The position numbers and the translations under genes are program-made. A DNA stretch of 64,000 nucleotides from a bacterium HR15 (GTDB taxonomy: Bacteria > Armatimonadota > Fimbriimonadia > Fimbriimonadales > GBS-DC): the NCBI GenBank assembly GCA_002898555.1, contig BEHR01000014.1, positions 1,416-65,415 on the forward strand, in the 5' to 3' direction. The notes below the pieces were generated by a model, which was given only the letters and a program-made list of their open reading frames with translations, was not told where the DNA came from and ran no database searches. Positions within the stretch are counted from its first letter, which is position 1. Every line of letters starts with the position of its first letter. Of the stretch, positions 54,893 to 62,640 are shown in pieces.

Positions 54893-54898
54893 ATTATA
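54893..54898 (-). promoter_or_regulatory. -10 box TATAAT for trpD
   Basis: Minus strand GGAGGTATAATCGCAAGGTGG. Shares GAGGTATAATCG with the two island promoters. Confidence 0.45.
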
Positions 54899-54899
54899 C

Positions 54900-54929
54900 C
54901 TCCAGCACACGCAGGGCGGTTAGCCGCAG
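54900..54929 (-). repeat. Left copy of the island-flanking direct repeat (remnant of a glmM-like 3' end)
   Basis: On the minus strand CTGCGGCTAACCGCCCTGCGTGTGCTGGAGGTATAA reads LRLTALRVLEV-stop in the glmM frame, versus LLLTALRTLEN-stop at the real glmM end. Its TAA lies inside the trpD TATAAT box. The res stop codon lies inside this repeat. Confidence 0.6.
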
Positions 54930-57925
54930 CCGTTCTGCGACATGGGCGCAGCATTGTCATCGCGGCGGTTCACCGATGCGTGTACACGCTTCACAAGCTG
55001 TTCCAACTTGTCGAACCAGTAAAACCGCTCATCTTCAGGCAGTTGATTGCGGTCACTTGTATAAAATAATAACATTATACGAGCTGTAAATTTATCATGC
55101 TGAAAAGCTATAGGTTGATTGTTCGAATCCTCGAACAAACGGCGATAACCCTCCAGTTTCCGCAGCCAATCAGTGTGTTCTGTGCCTTTTGGATCTACAA
55201 AAACTATCCAGTACTTGTCGCCTTTGCAAAGCCAGAAAATGAAGTCAGGCTTGAACCTGGCGGTTCGGTTGGTTTTGGGATCGTAGTAGGGGATATAGAC
55301 CTCGTCCAGGCTCTCGTCCAGTTTGCTGAAAAACCACCAATCGAACTCCCCGAACCGGTTGCCAGATTGGTCGAGATGCCGTTCTAAATCGTTGACAAAT
55401 CTCACCTCGCTGGGCGTCCTGATGATGTGGCGGATGTAGTCCACCCGTTCATCCTCGCTGAGAACGACAGGCAGATAATAGTGCTGGGCAATATGTTTGA
55501 TGACGATTCGCTTTCCATCATGGAAGAATTCTCCTGAGGGACCGACTTCCCGAGCTTTCGCTTCATACTCCTCAGGGGGAACCTTCCCATACAGTTCTCG
55601 CAACTCCCTAACCCTATCAGGATAGCGCCTTACCGCTTCAGCTCTATTCTGTAATCCGCTGATATCCTTCAGCGTCACCGTGATATGGCGGAAGTGGCGA
55701 ATCTCATCTTCCAATTTCTTCAGTCCGTCCACCTCTTCCGGCACCATATTCATATAGTCCAGCACCCGCCCGAGGAGCCGTCGCATATCCCCATACCGCC
55801 GCCCGTTGAAGCGGTAGAAATCGTCAGGTTGATCCAGGCTGCGACGCAGGAGCCGCAGGAGCCTGGGGTCCTTCTCCGTCAATGCCAGGAGCACACGGTC
55901 ATCCGTCGCACTGACAAACCGCTCCAAGACCTCAAACTCCTCCCGGTCAATCTCAAATTTGGCGATGGGACGGAGTTCTGCCATCGGTTGGGAGGACTGC
56001 CGGTAGACCGGGATAAGGAGTGTCTGATTTTCTGCTTCGGGATTGACCTCAAAAATGGTCAGTTGCTTCTCGCTGGGGCGAGTCTGTTCCTGCTTCAGGT
56101 CACAAATCACCTTTTGCAGCGCCTGGCGGTTCGTCCCGAAGACGAAAAGCGTCTCCAGGGGTTGAATGCTGTCCTTCAGCTTATCAAAGAGCGACCTGTC
56201 CACTTCTCCCGCGTTGCAGAGCGGAAGGAGGCGCTTGCGCTTGTTCTTCACCGGCTCGATGCGCACGCCGCGCCCGACCGATTGGAGGATGAACTTCCGC
56301 GCATCCTCGCCCACGCCGATGTTGATGTAGCAGATTACATTCGGACGATTGGAATCCCAGCCCTCGTAGAAGGTGCGCGAACCCATGAGGATGGTGATGT
56401 CCGAATCCTCTGCGTTCAGCCGGGCAAAGTAGCTTTCATCCTCAAACCGCTCGGCGATCTCGTAGCCTGTAAGTTTCTCCTTGAGCCAGCTGGAGATGTC
56501 GCCGATTTTGATGAGTGCAAAGGGACGGTCGACCGTCTTGAGTTTGAAAGCCAGCTCCTTGCGGTCGGAAGGACGAATCAGGACTTCAATCTCTCCTGGC
56601 GCTGTGGCGTTGAAGACGAAGCGGAGTAAATCGCTCGGCTGAAGGGTATCCCACACATTTCGCAGAAGCACCGCGTTTTCCTCTTCAAACATGAAGGCGG
56701 GGCTCTGCTTTAACTCCTGCTCCAACTCATCCTTTGCGGACTTCCAGAGGTCGCTGCCAACTCCCCCACGGGCGATGCGTTCCAACTGCTCGAAAAAGAG
56801 CTTCAAATCGGCCTCCTCGGTGTTGACGGAGTTCACCAGAACCAGCATCAACGGGCGATGGTAACCCCCCGTGGACCGAACCAGCTCGTAGGCTTTATGG
56901 GCATACACCAGCATCATTAGCGCCTTGAGGACGATCTTTTGCTTTTCCTCATCTTTGTAGTCCTCCTTATCCCGAAATGCCCGCATCTCCTGCTGCAAAA
57001 TAACGATGTGTTTGCCGTAGCCTGCCCGGATGTATTCGGACAGGTTGAAGTTGAAGACGGTGGTGGCGATATCCCGTGGGTCGGTAAAAGTGGCGGAGAA
57101 GTTGAACAGGAAGCCGTTGCGAGAAAGAATACTGTAAATGTGCTGGCGTTTGGAGTCCTCCCTGTCGCCTTTGTGCGCCTCGTCCAGCAGCACATACCAG
57201 CGCCCATCGTTGTCGTAATTGCGGAAGTTCACAATACGCTCTTTCTGCTCATCGCTCAGGTTGTCGGAACGGTAGTAGAAAACCGTCACCTCCTGTTCTT
57301 GGTAAAGGGAAGGCGTATTCCGCTTGACAGCTGCATAGTCCCGCAGTTCTCGAAGGACAATGCGGAAGTCGCTGCGAGCACGGTTGAACTCCTCCACATG
57401 CCTGTTGAGTTGCTCTATCAGATCGTCGCGGTGGGTGAGGAAAAGAATCCCGCAGGGCGGGATCTCGCCTCGTTGGATCAGGCGAGCCAGCACTTCGATC
57501 AGTTTCACGATGACCAGCGTCTTGCCGCTCCCTGTCGCCATCCAGAACGCCATGCGGTTGATGAAGTGCTCGTAGGGAAGCTTGCTCCCATTGGCTTCGT
57601 AATGCTCCTTAAGAAGCGAGGCAATACGATGGTTCAGAGAAGAAAGGGCAAGGTCGTAGTTCTCCTGTAGCCCGTTATCCTGATACCATTTCCAGAGCTT
57701 CTCTTTGCGCTTGGCGTTGACCTCGTTCGCTTCGCCTGGCTGGTAATCGCCGAAGTCCTCGTAATACTTCCACAGCGCTTTCAGCGCGTTGCGGAGCGCA
57801 CTCTGCTGGTAGTCCCACAGAGTCTTCTCCTTCGAGAACGAAGCAAGGTCGAAGTCAGCCCAGTTCGCGGGCAAATTTTCATCAGGAATGACTTCCACCA
57901 TGTGTTGCAGGTAGATGCGTGCCAT
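54920..57925 (-). CDS. res: Type III restriction enzyme Res subunit (SF2 helicase + C-terminal PD-(D/E)xK nuclease)
   Basis: Walker A MATGSGKT, DEAH-like LLDEAHKG, QSVGRGVR. C-terminal FKPDFIF...IVFVDPKG nuclease-like motif; 1001 aa. Confidence 0.85.
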   Translation of the reverse strand: MARIYLQHMVEVIPDENLPANWADFDLASFSKEKTLWDYQQSALRNALKALWKYYEDFGDYQPGEANEVNAKRKEKLWKWYQDNGLQENYDLALSSLNHRIASLLKEHYEANGSKLPYEHFINRMAFWMATGSGKTLVIVKLIEVLARLIQRGEIPPCGILFLTHRDDLIEQLNRHVEEFNRARSDFRIVLRELRDYAAVKRNTPSLYQEQEVTVFYYRSDNLSDEQKERIVNFRNYDNDGRWYVLLDEAHKGDREDSKRQHIYSILSRNGFLFNFSATFTDPRDIATTVFNFNLSEYIRAGYGKHIVILQQEMRAFRDKEDYKDEEKQKIVLKALMMLVYAHKAYELVRSTGGYHRPLMLVLVNSVNTEEADLKLFFEQLERIARGGVGSDLWKSAKDELEQELKQSPAFMFEEENAVLLRNVWDTLQPSDLLRFVFNATAPGEIEVLIRPSDRKELAFKLKTVDRPFALIKIGDISSWLKEKLTGYEIAERFEDESYFARLNAEDSDITILMGSRTFYEGWDSNRPNVICYINIGVGEDARKFILQSVGRGVRIEPVKNKRKRLLPLCNAGEVDRSLFDKLKDSIQPLETLFVFGTNRQALQKVICDLKQEQTRPSEKQLTIFEVNPEAENQTLLIPVYRQSSQPMAELRPIAKFEIDREEFEVLERFVSATDDRVLLALTEKDPRLLRLLRRSLDQPDDFYRFNGRRYGDMRRLLGRVLDYMNMVPEEVDGLKKLEDEIRHFRHITVTLKDISGLQNRAEAVRRYPDRVRELRELYGKVPPEEYEAKAREVGPSGEFFHDGKRIVIKHIAQHYYLPVVLSEDERVDYIRHIIRTPSEVRFVNDLERHLDQSGNRFGEFDWWFFSKLDESLDEVYIPYYDPKTNRTARFKPDFIFWLCKGDKYWIVFVDPKGTEHTDWLRKLEGYRRLFEDSNNQPIAFQHDKFTARIMLLFYTSDRNQLPEDERFYWFDKLEQLVKRVHASVNRRDDNAAPMSQNGCG

Positions 57926-57931
57926 ATTCTC

Positions 57932-58342
57932 TCACCCGTTTGGAGCGAATCCCTTTTCCTTGAGCCTGGTCAACACGAACGCTTTGGTCTTTTCCGCCAG
58001 TTCTATGGCTTCACGGGTCTCCTCCAGGCTGGGGGTATAAAACTCCTCACCATACCGCAAGGTTGTCGCATAGCGACTGAGGCGGTCTACTTCCCAGTCC
58101 ATTAGCGTTTGAAATTCCGGGTCAATTTGAGAACAGAGGCCTACAAGCACGGCGATCCGATGTGTTTTGGGGTACTCCTTGCCGTGGAAAATCAGGAACG
58201 CCTTCAGGTACTTCTCCACGCACTGCTGCATATGGAAACATACCATATCCGTCACGGGATCCCCGACAGACATCTCATCTTTCCCGATCTTCAGGTCATT
58301 TTCCGCCTTACGGATCCAGTTGCGCACGGTTTCCTCATTCAT
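57932..58342 (-). CDS. HEPN-domain protein (HEPN1)
   Basis: 136 aa; IRKAENDL, CFHMQQCVEKYLKAFLIFHG, KTHRIAVL, LSRYATTLRYG. 4-nt ATGA overlap with the upstream MNT gene. Paralogue of 61775-62188. Confidence 0.75.
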   Translation of the reverse strand: MNEETVRNWIRKAENDLKIGKDEMSVGDPVTDMVCFHMQQCVEKYLKAFLIFHGKEYPKTHRIAVLVGLCSQIDPEFQTLMDWEVDRLSRYATTLRYGEEFYTPSLEETREAIELAEKTKAFVLTRLKEKGFAPNG

Positions 58343-58692
58343 ATCGGCACTCCCTCCTTCAGGGCATAGTAGGTGAGGCGACCCGTGTCGGTTTTCCGCT
58401 CTTCCACGGTTTTCTCGGATTGCACAAAGACATCGGCGAAGATCCCCTCCTGAGCCAGCCGCCAGCAGATGCGGGAAGCGAGGTCTTCTCGTTCGTGGAA
58501 GGACGCTTCTCTGTCCACCACCACGAAGAGATCCCAGTCGCTATCCGGGCGCGCCTCACCTCGGGCTCGGCTCCCAAAGAGCAGGATGCGCCGCACCCGG
58601 TAGCCCGCTCGCTCTACCTCCTCCGTGATAATAACCTTCGCGTGTGCAAGCAGGATATCGTTGAGCAAAACCCGAATGTCCCGCTTAGACAT
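58339..58692 (-). CDS. Minimal nucleotidyltransferase (MNT1), partner of HEPN1
   Basis: LLFGSRARGEARPDSDWDLFVV (GSx3Gx5SDxD pol-beta NTase motif); 117 aa. Confidence 0.8.
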   Translation of the reverse strand: MSKRDIRVLLNDILLAHAKVIITEEVERAGYRVRRILLFGSRARGEARPDSDWDLFVVVDREASFHEREDLASRICWRLAQEGIFADVFVQSEKTVEERKTDTGRLTYYALKEGVPI

Positions 58693-58981
58693 AGGTCAAC
58701 TCCTTCTCGATGGCTTGCCAGAGGAGAGGCTTTCTTAGGAGGGCTCCCTTGGTGACAAGGTCCACTCGCATGCCCAGAATCTCCTCCAAATAGCACCGAA
58801 GGTCCACCACCTCCCAGCCCACGGGTCGGTCAAACTCCACCATAATGTCCACATCGCTCTCTGCACCTTGCTCGCCCCGAACGCAGGAGCCGAAGAGGGC
58901 AAGGCTTTTCACATGGAACTGCTTTCGCAACTCCTCTTTATGTTCTTTGAGCCGTTCTTTGATTTCTGTGAGCGTTTTCAT
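58685..58981 (-). CDS. MntA-like minimal nucleotidyltransferase (COG1669-type) without a cognate HepT/DUF86 partner
   Basis: SLALFGSCVRGEQGAESDVDIMVEF ... RVDLVTKGALLRKPLLWQAIEKELTYV. ATG 58981 is 5 nt after the mod stop (TTG 58996 would overlap it). Confidence 0.8.
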   Translation of the reverse strand: MKTLTEIKERLKEHKEELRKQFHVKSLALFGSCVRGEQGAESDVDIMVEFDRPVGWEVVDLRCYLEEILGMRVDLVTKGALLRKPLLWQAIEKELTYV

Positions 58982-58986
58982 GATGT

Positions 58987-61662
58987 TCACCACCAAATCA
59001 GGGGTTTAATGAGCCGCCAGTCGGGGTTCTTCAAGTCGGCGGTCGTGCCGTCGGCGAACTCCACCGTGCCGGGTCGGGTGGGGTCTTCAGAATCAGGGAG
59101 GATGCGCTTGATCCATTTGCCCGTCAGGTTGGAAAGCGTCTCCGCCAGATCGATGTCCGGGTAGAGCTCGGAGAGGTCCACGCGGACCACATTATTTTCC
59201 GTGTCCACTTCCACCACCGGCTCGCCCGTCTCGGCGTTGTCCAGCATCTTCGGGTCCCTAAGAAAGATGTAATGGCAGGGATCCTCCGTCTCGGGCGGCG
59301 TGAACAGATCGTCATCCTCGTCATCCAGGTAGCGCGTCCGGCGCAGGGTGTCCTCGTATTGCTCCAGCTCGTAGTATTTCACGAAATGGCTGATGCCCTG
59401 CCCGTCGGGCTGCGCCCTGCCATCTCGCCACTTATCGGAGAAGACCACCTTCTTGATGCGGGGCAGGAGTACCGTGTAGAAGTAGTCCGCCATCTCCACC
59501 AGGATGTATTTCCGCCGTCCGCCGTCCTCTCGGTTCAGGTTAATGACCGCGTGAGCCGTAGTGCCAGAGCCAGCGAAGAAGTCGAGGATTATGCCTTTAC
59601 CCTTGTTGATAATTTCAGAGTGGCGAAGGATTTCTTCCATGAGATGGATTGACTTGGGATACTTAAACTCTTCGGCAAGATGTTTTCCAAGAATGTTCTG
59701 AAGTGCTTTTGTTCCATACTCACTCGCGTCAAATTGACTTCCATACCAAACAGTACGAGCCATTTGAAGATCTTTGGATAGATAAATTTGTATACCTGAT
59801 GCCGTTTTGACTGCTGCCAATCGATCAGCTACTTTTTCAATTGATTGTCTAGCATAGCGCCACTTACGCTCTTTACCTTCGGAGTCAATAGGCCAGACAT
59901 AGATGATTCCATCTATTTCTTCGTTTGCAGCACTCGGGTGGTAATCATCCGGAGGCACCTCTCCAAAACCAATGATTTTGTCGTCTTTTACAAGAATTGG
60001 ATAAAAGCAGTTAGCAGCATCTTTCCTGAAGGATTCAGTTCCAGAGTCACGCAGATTCCTGAAATCAATGTCTTCTCTGGGACGGTCACTAATATACTTT
60101 TCCTCATCATTACGGTAAAGGAAGTAAAGGTACTCATGCACAACTGAAAAATTTTTTCCCTGTTGCCCTCTCTGATTATGAACTACTGTTACAAAGTTTT
60201 TTGACCAGTCATCAAACACCGTGTCCAGCAATTCGCTAAGCTTTGAATTTTCCACATCATCAATTGATATGCTATAAATCGCACGCGGACTCAACCAGTT
60301 TTTGCTTACTACCAAACGGTTTTCTATAAGGGATATCCACGACGCGTGCTTATATCGGTTCAAATAGGCAATCTCACTATATTGGGTATTGTATGGCGGA
60401 TCAATATAGACGAAATCTAACCGCTCCCGAAACTTTGGGAGCATTGTATTCAACGCCTGGTAGTTCTCGCTCTTAATCAGCCAGCCATCCAGAGCCTCGT
60501 CCAGGTTGTCGAAGAGGGCCAGGATCTGGAGTTCGAGGTCCTTGAAGTAGCGGGTGTCAATGGGCAGGAAGCGGTAACGGGGATGGAGATGCTTGCCTTC
60601 TATCAGGTTCGTATCCCAGAGCGCGTCGGCGGTGAAGGATTCATCCACCATGCCCAGCTCCTGCCACTCCTTCACCTGCTCGGCGAAGCCGGGGTGCGCG
60701 ATGAGGCGTTCCAGCAGGGGCACAGCACACTGTGCCCCTACCTCCATAATGCGGTCCAGCGTAATGACATAGCCCGAGCGCAGGATAAACTTCGGCTTGT
60801 TCCAGATGCGCACCAGTTCGTCCTCAAAGGCGGCGATGAAGTCAATCACCCGATAGGCGATGCGCTTGAGGGCCTGGAGTTGCTTGATCCGTTGTTCGGT
60901 CCACTGCGTCTCAGGCTCCTCGCCTGGCTTGCCCAGAAGATACTGCCACAGCCACAGGTCAAACTGCTCCCGCAGAAAAGACCTGGCGTCCTTGCAGAGG
61001 AAGTAGTCCACCTCGCTCTGCCGCTCAAAGAGGCGGAAGGCTTTCTCTAAGGTCTCCTCGGAAGGGACGGCGTCGGTATAATGGGACAAGCCCAGGGAAT
61101 CCCGAATCTTCCGGCGGATCTCGGTGATATTCGTGGCGCGACCGCGCTCGGAGTAGGAAACGGCGAAAACCAGAGCGCCGCCATCCCGCCGCTCCTTGAA
61201 GTCAAAGACCAGCTCCCGCTTCTCGTTGGCTTTCTTGTGCTCCAGGTTGGAGACATCAAAGACGAAGCGGAAGCCGTCCACCTCCACCTGCATTCTGCGG
61301 AAAAGCCGGTCGGTCTTCACATAGTAGAGGCGGGCAGTCTTCCAAAAGAGGATAACATCCTGGTCGTCGGTGTAGACCCGCTCGTAGATGCTCTGGTGGT
61401 AGGGCGTGAAGAAGAAGCCGATGGAGCCGCTCTCGGTGAAGTAGCGCTTGAAGAAGGTGTAGAGCTTGTCAAAGAGCTCCTCGCGGAAGTCGGGAAAGGG
61501 TTGGAGAGCTTCGCCAATCTCCTTTTGCAAACAGGGCTTCATCACTTGCTCGAAGTAGCGGGCTTTGATGCGCATGAGGTTGATGTAGCCCGATTTGCCT
61601 TCCACAGGTACGCCGACAAACAGGTTCCCCAGCACCTGGTAGAAGCGGTGCTCCTTTGTCAT
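58987..61662 (-). CDS. mod: Type III R-M DNA methyltransferase Mod (beta-class N6-adenine/N4-cytosine MTase) with ~420-aa N-terminal region
   Basis: Motif IV VYIDPPYNT (60391-60402 = DPPY), motif I DFFAGSGTTAHAV (about 59560-59583), order IV-TRD-I. ATG 61662 is 7 nt after TATAAT. ORF-track start 61941 would overlap HEPN2. Confidence 0.85.
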   Translation of the reverse strand: MTKEHRFYQVLGNLFVGVPVEGKSGYINLMRIKARYFEQVMKPCLQKEIGEALQPFPDFREELFDKLYTFFKRYFTESGSIGFFFTPYHQSIYERVYTDDQDVILFWKTARLYYVKTDRLFRRMQVEVDGFRFVFDVSNLEHKKANEKRELVFDFKERRDGGALVFAVSYSERGRATNITEIRRKIRDSLGLSHYTDAVPSEETLEKAFRLFERQSEVDYFLCKDARSFLREQFDLWLWQYLLGKPGEEPETQWTEQRIKQLQALKRIAYRVIDFIAAFEDELVRIWNKPKFILRSGYVITLDRIMEVGAQCAVPLLERLIAHPGFAEQVKEWQELGMVDESFTADALWDTNLIEGKHLHPRYRFLPIDTRYFKDLELQILALFDNLDEALDGWLIKSENYQALNTMLPKFRERLDFVYIDPPYNTQYSEIAYLNRYKHASWISLIENRLVVSKNWLSPRAIYSISIDDVENSKLSELLDTVFDDWSKNFVTVVHNQRGQQGKNFSVVHEYLYFLYRNDEEKYISDRPREDIDFRNLRDSGTESFRKDAANCFYPILVKDDKIIGFGEVPPDDYHPSAANEEIDGIIYVWPIDSEGKERKWRYARQSIEKVADRLAAVKTASGIQIYLSKDLQMARTVWYGSQFDASEYGTKALQNILGKHLAEEFKYPKSIHLMEEILRHSEIINKGKGIILDFFAGSGTTAHAVINLNREDGGRRKYILVEMADYFYTVLLPRIKKVVFSDKWRDGRAQPDGQGISHFVKYYELEQYEDTLRRTRYLDDEDDDLFTPPETEDPCHYIFLRDPKMLDNAETGEPVVEVDTENNVVRVDLSELYPDIDLAETLSNLTGKWIKRILPDSEDPTRPGTVEFADGTTADLKNPDWRLIKPLIWW

Positions 61663-61667
61663 GGTTA

Positions 61668-61709
61668 CGATTATACCTCGCGTGGGTGCGAAACTTCGCC
61701 ACCTTGACC
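61668..61709 (-). repeat. 42-nt perfect repeat, copy 1 (promoter of mod)
   Basis: Minus strand GGTCAAGGTGGCGAAGTTTCGCACCCACGCGAGGTATAATCG; identical to 62577-62618. Confidence 0.95.
61670..61675 (-). promoter_or_regulatory. -10 box TATAAT, 7 nt before mod ATG (leaderless-type)
   Basis: Minus strand GAGGTATAATCGTAACCATG. Confidence 0.55.
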
Positions 61710-61774
61710 GTTGCTTGCAGATTCCTCCTGACCCCCCTTCTACAGAAATCCCGTGTTCCACTATATGTTCCGCA

Positions 61775-62188
61775 TCATTCCTGTTCCAATACCATGCCTG
61801 CTTGAACCAATCTTTGTCGCACAAGCGACCGTGTTCGCTCAGCCAGTTCGATGGCTCTTTGCGTCTCTTTCTGGTCAGGTGTGTAAGGTTCCTCACCGTA
61901 GCGGAAGATAATGGCGTATCTCGTAAGCTCGCGCACCCCACGAGACTTCAATTGACCAAAGGAGGGATCAATCTCTGCACAGAGGTTGACGAGGGCGGGA
62001 ATGTTGTGCGTTCGCGGCTGCTCGCGCCCGTGAAAGATGAGGAATGCCTTCAGGTATTTCTCTACACACTGCTGCATGTGAAAGCAGACAATCCAGGTAA
62101 TAGGATTCTCCGTCTGCATCAGCAGTTTGCCTGCTTGGAGGTCGTCCTCGGCTTTTTGAACCCATAGCCGAACCGCTTCCTCGTTCAA
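61775..62188 (-). CDS. HEPN-domain protein (HEPN2)
   Basis: 137 aa; VQKAEDDL, CFHMQQCVEKYLKAFLIFHG, RTHNIPAL, LTRYAIIFRYG. 4-nt overlap with MNT2. Confidence 0.75.
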   Translation of the reverse strand: MNEEAVRLWVQKAEDDLQAGKLLMQTENPITWIVCFHMQQCVEKYLKAFLIFHGREQPRTHNIPALVNLCAEIDPSFGQLKSRGVRELTRYAIIFRYGEEPYTPDQKETQRAIELAERTRSLVRQRLVQAGMVLEQE

Positions 62189-62571
62189 ATCTCCACCCCC
62201 TCTTTGAACACATAATAGGTCAGGTATCCGGTGTTGCTTGCCCGTCTTGCAGCGGTTTCTTCAGACTGAACAAGCACATCGGCACAAATGCCCTCATCTG
62301 CCAGCCGCTCGCAAATGCGGTCGGCAATCGCCCAGCGGGTCTTCGAAGGCGCGGTGGGGGTGATGAGGATATAAAAGTCCCAGTCGCTGTCGGGTAGGGC
62401 TTCGCGACGAGCGCGACTGCCAAACAGGATCACGCGGCATACTCGGTACCCTGCGTGCTCCACCTCGTCATAGATAATCTGTTTGGCTTTGCGCAGAACT
62501 TCGTTCACTGCTCCACTCCCGGCTCCCCAGCTTCGCTCTCTTCCAAGGCGGGTGCTGCTTGCCTTTGCCAT
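62185..62571 (-). CDS. Minimal nucleotidyltransferase (MNT2), partner of HEPN2
   Basis: ILFGSRARREALPDSDWDFYILI; paralogue of MNT1 (shared AGYRV.R..LFGSRAR, ...YY..KEGV.I). Confidence 0.8.
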   Translation of the reverse strand: MAKASSTRLGRERSWGAGSGAVNEVLRKAKQIIYDEVEHAGYRVCRVILFGSRARREALPDSDWDFYILITPTAPSKTRWAIADRICERLADEGICADVLVQSEETAARRASNTGYLTYYVFKEGVEI

Positions 62572-62576
62572 TAGCG

Positions 62577-62618
62577 CGATTATACCTCGCGTGGGTGCGA
62601 AACTTCGCCACCTTGACC
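62577..62618 (-). repeat. 42-nt perfect repeat, copy 2 (promoter of MNT2-HEPN2)
   Basis: Identical to 61668-61709; ends 5 nt before ATG 62571. Confidence 0.95.
62579..62584 (-). promoter_or_regulatory. -10 box TATAAT, 7 nt before MNT2 ATG (leaderless-type)
   Basis: Minus strand GAGGTATAATCGCGCTAATG. Confidence 0.55.
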
Positions 62619-62640
62619 TTCTTCTGCAGGGGGAGCCGTG

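Noticed and set aside
55121-55136. GTTCGAATCCTCGAAC, resembling a tRNA T-arm.
   Set aside because: It lies inside the res coding sequence. No acceptor, D or anticodon arms can be drawn around it. It is only a 6-bp inverted repeat.
61663-61941. The 93-codon N-terminal extension of the mod ORF given in the track (start 61941).
   Set aside because: It would overlap HEPN2 by 167 nt and run through the duplicated promoter. The ATG at 61662 sits exactly 7 nt after TATAAT, as in the twin promoter of MNT2.
54920-62618. Integrase, transposase or IS ends inside the R-M island.
   Set aside because: Every ORF of plausible size is accounted for (res, HEPN, MNTs, mod). I found no recombinase motifs and no terminal inverted repeats, so the island is reported only as bounded by direct repeats.
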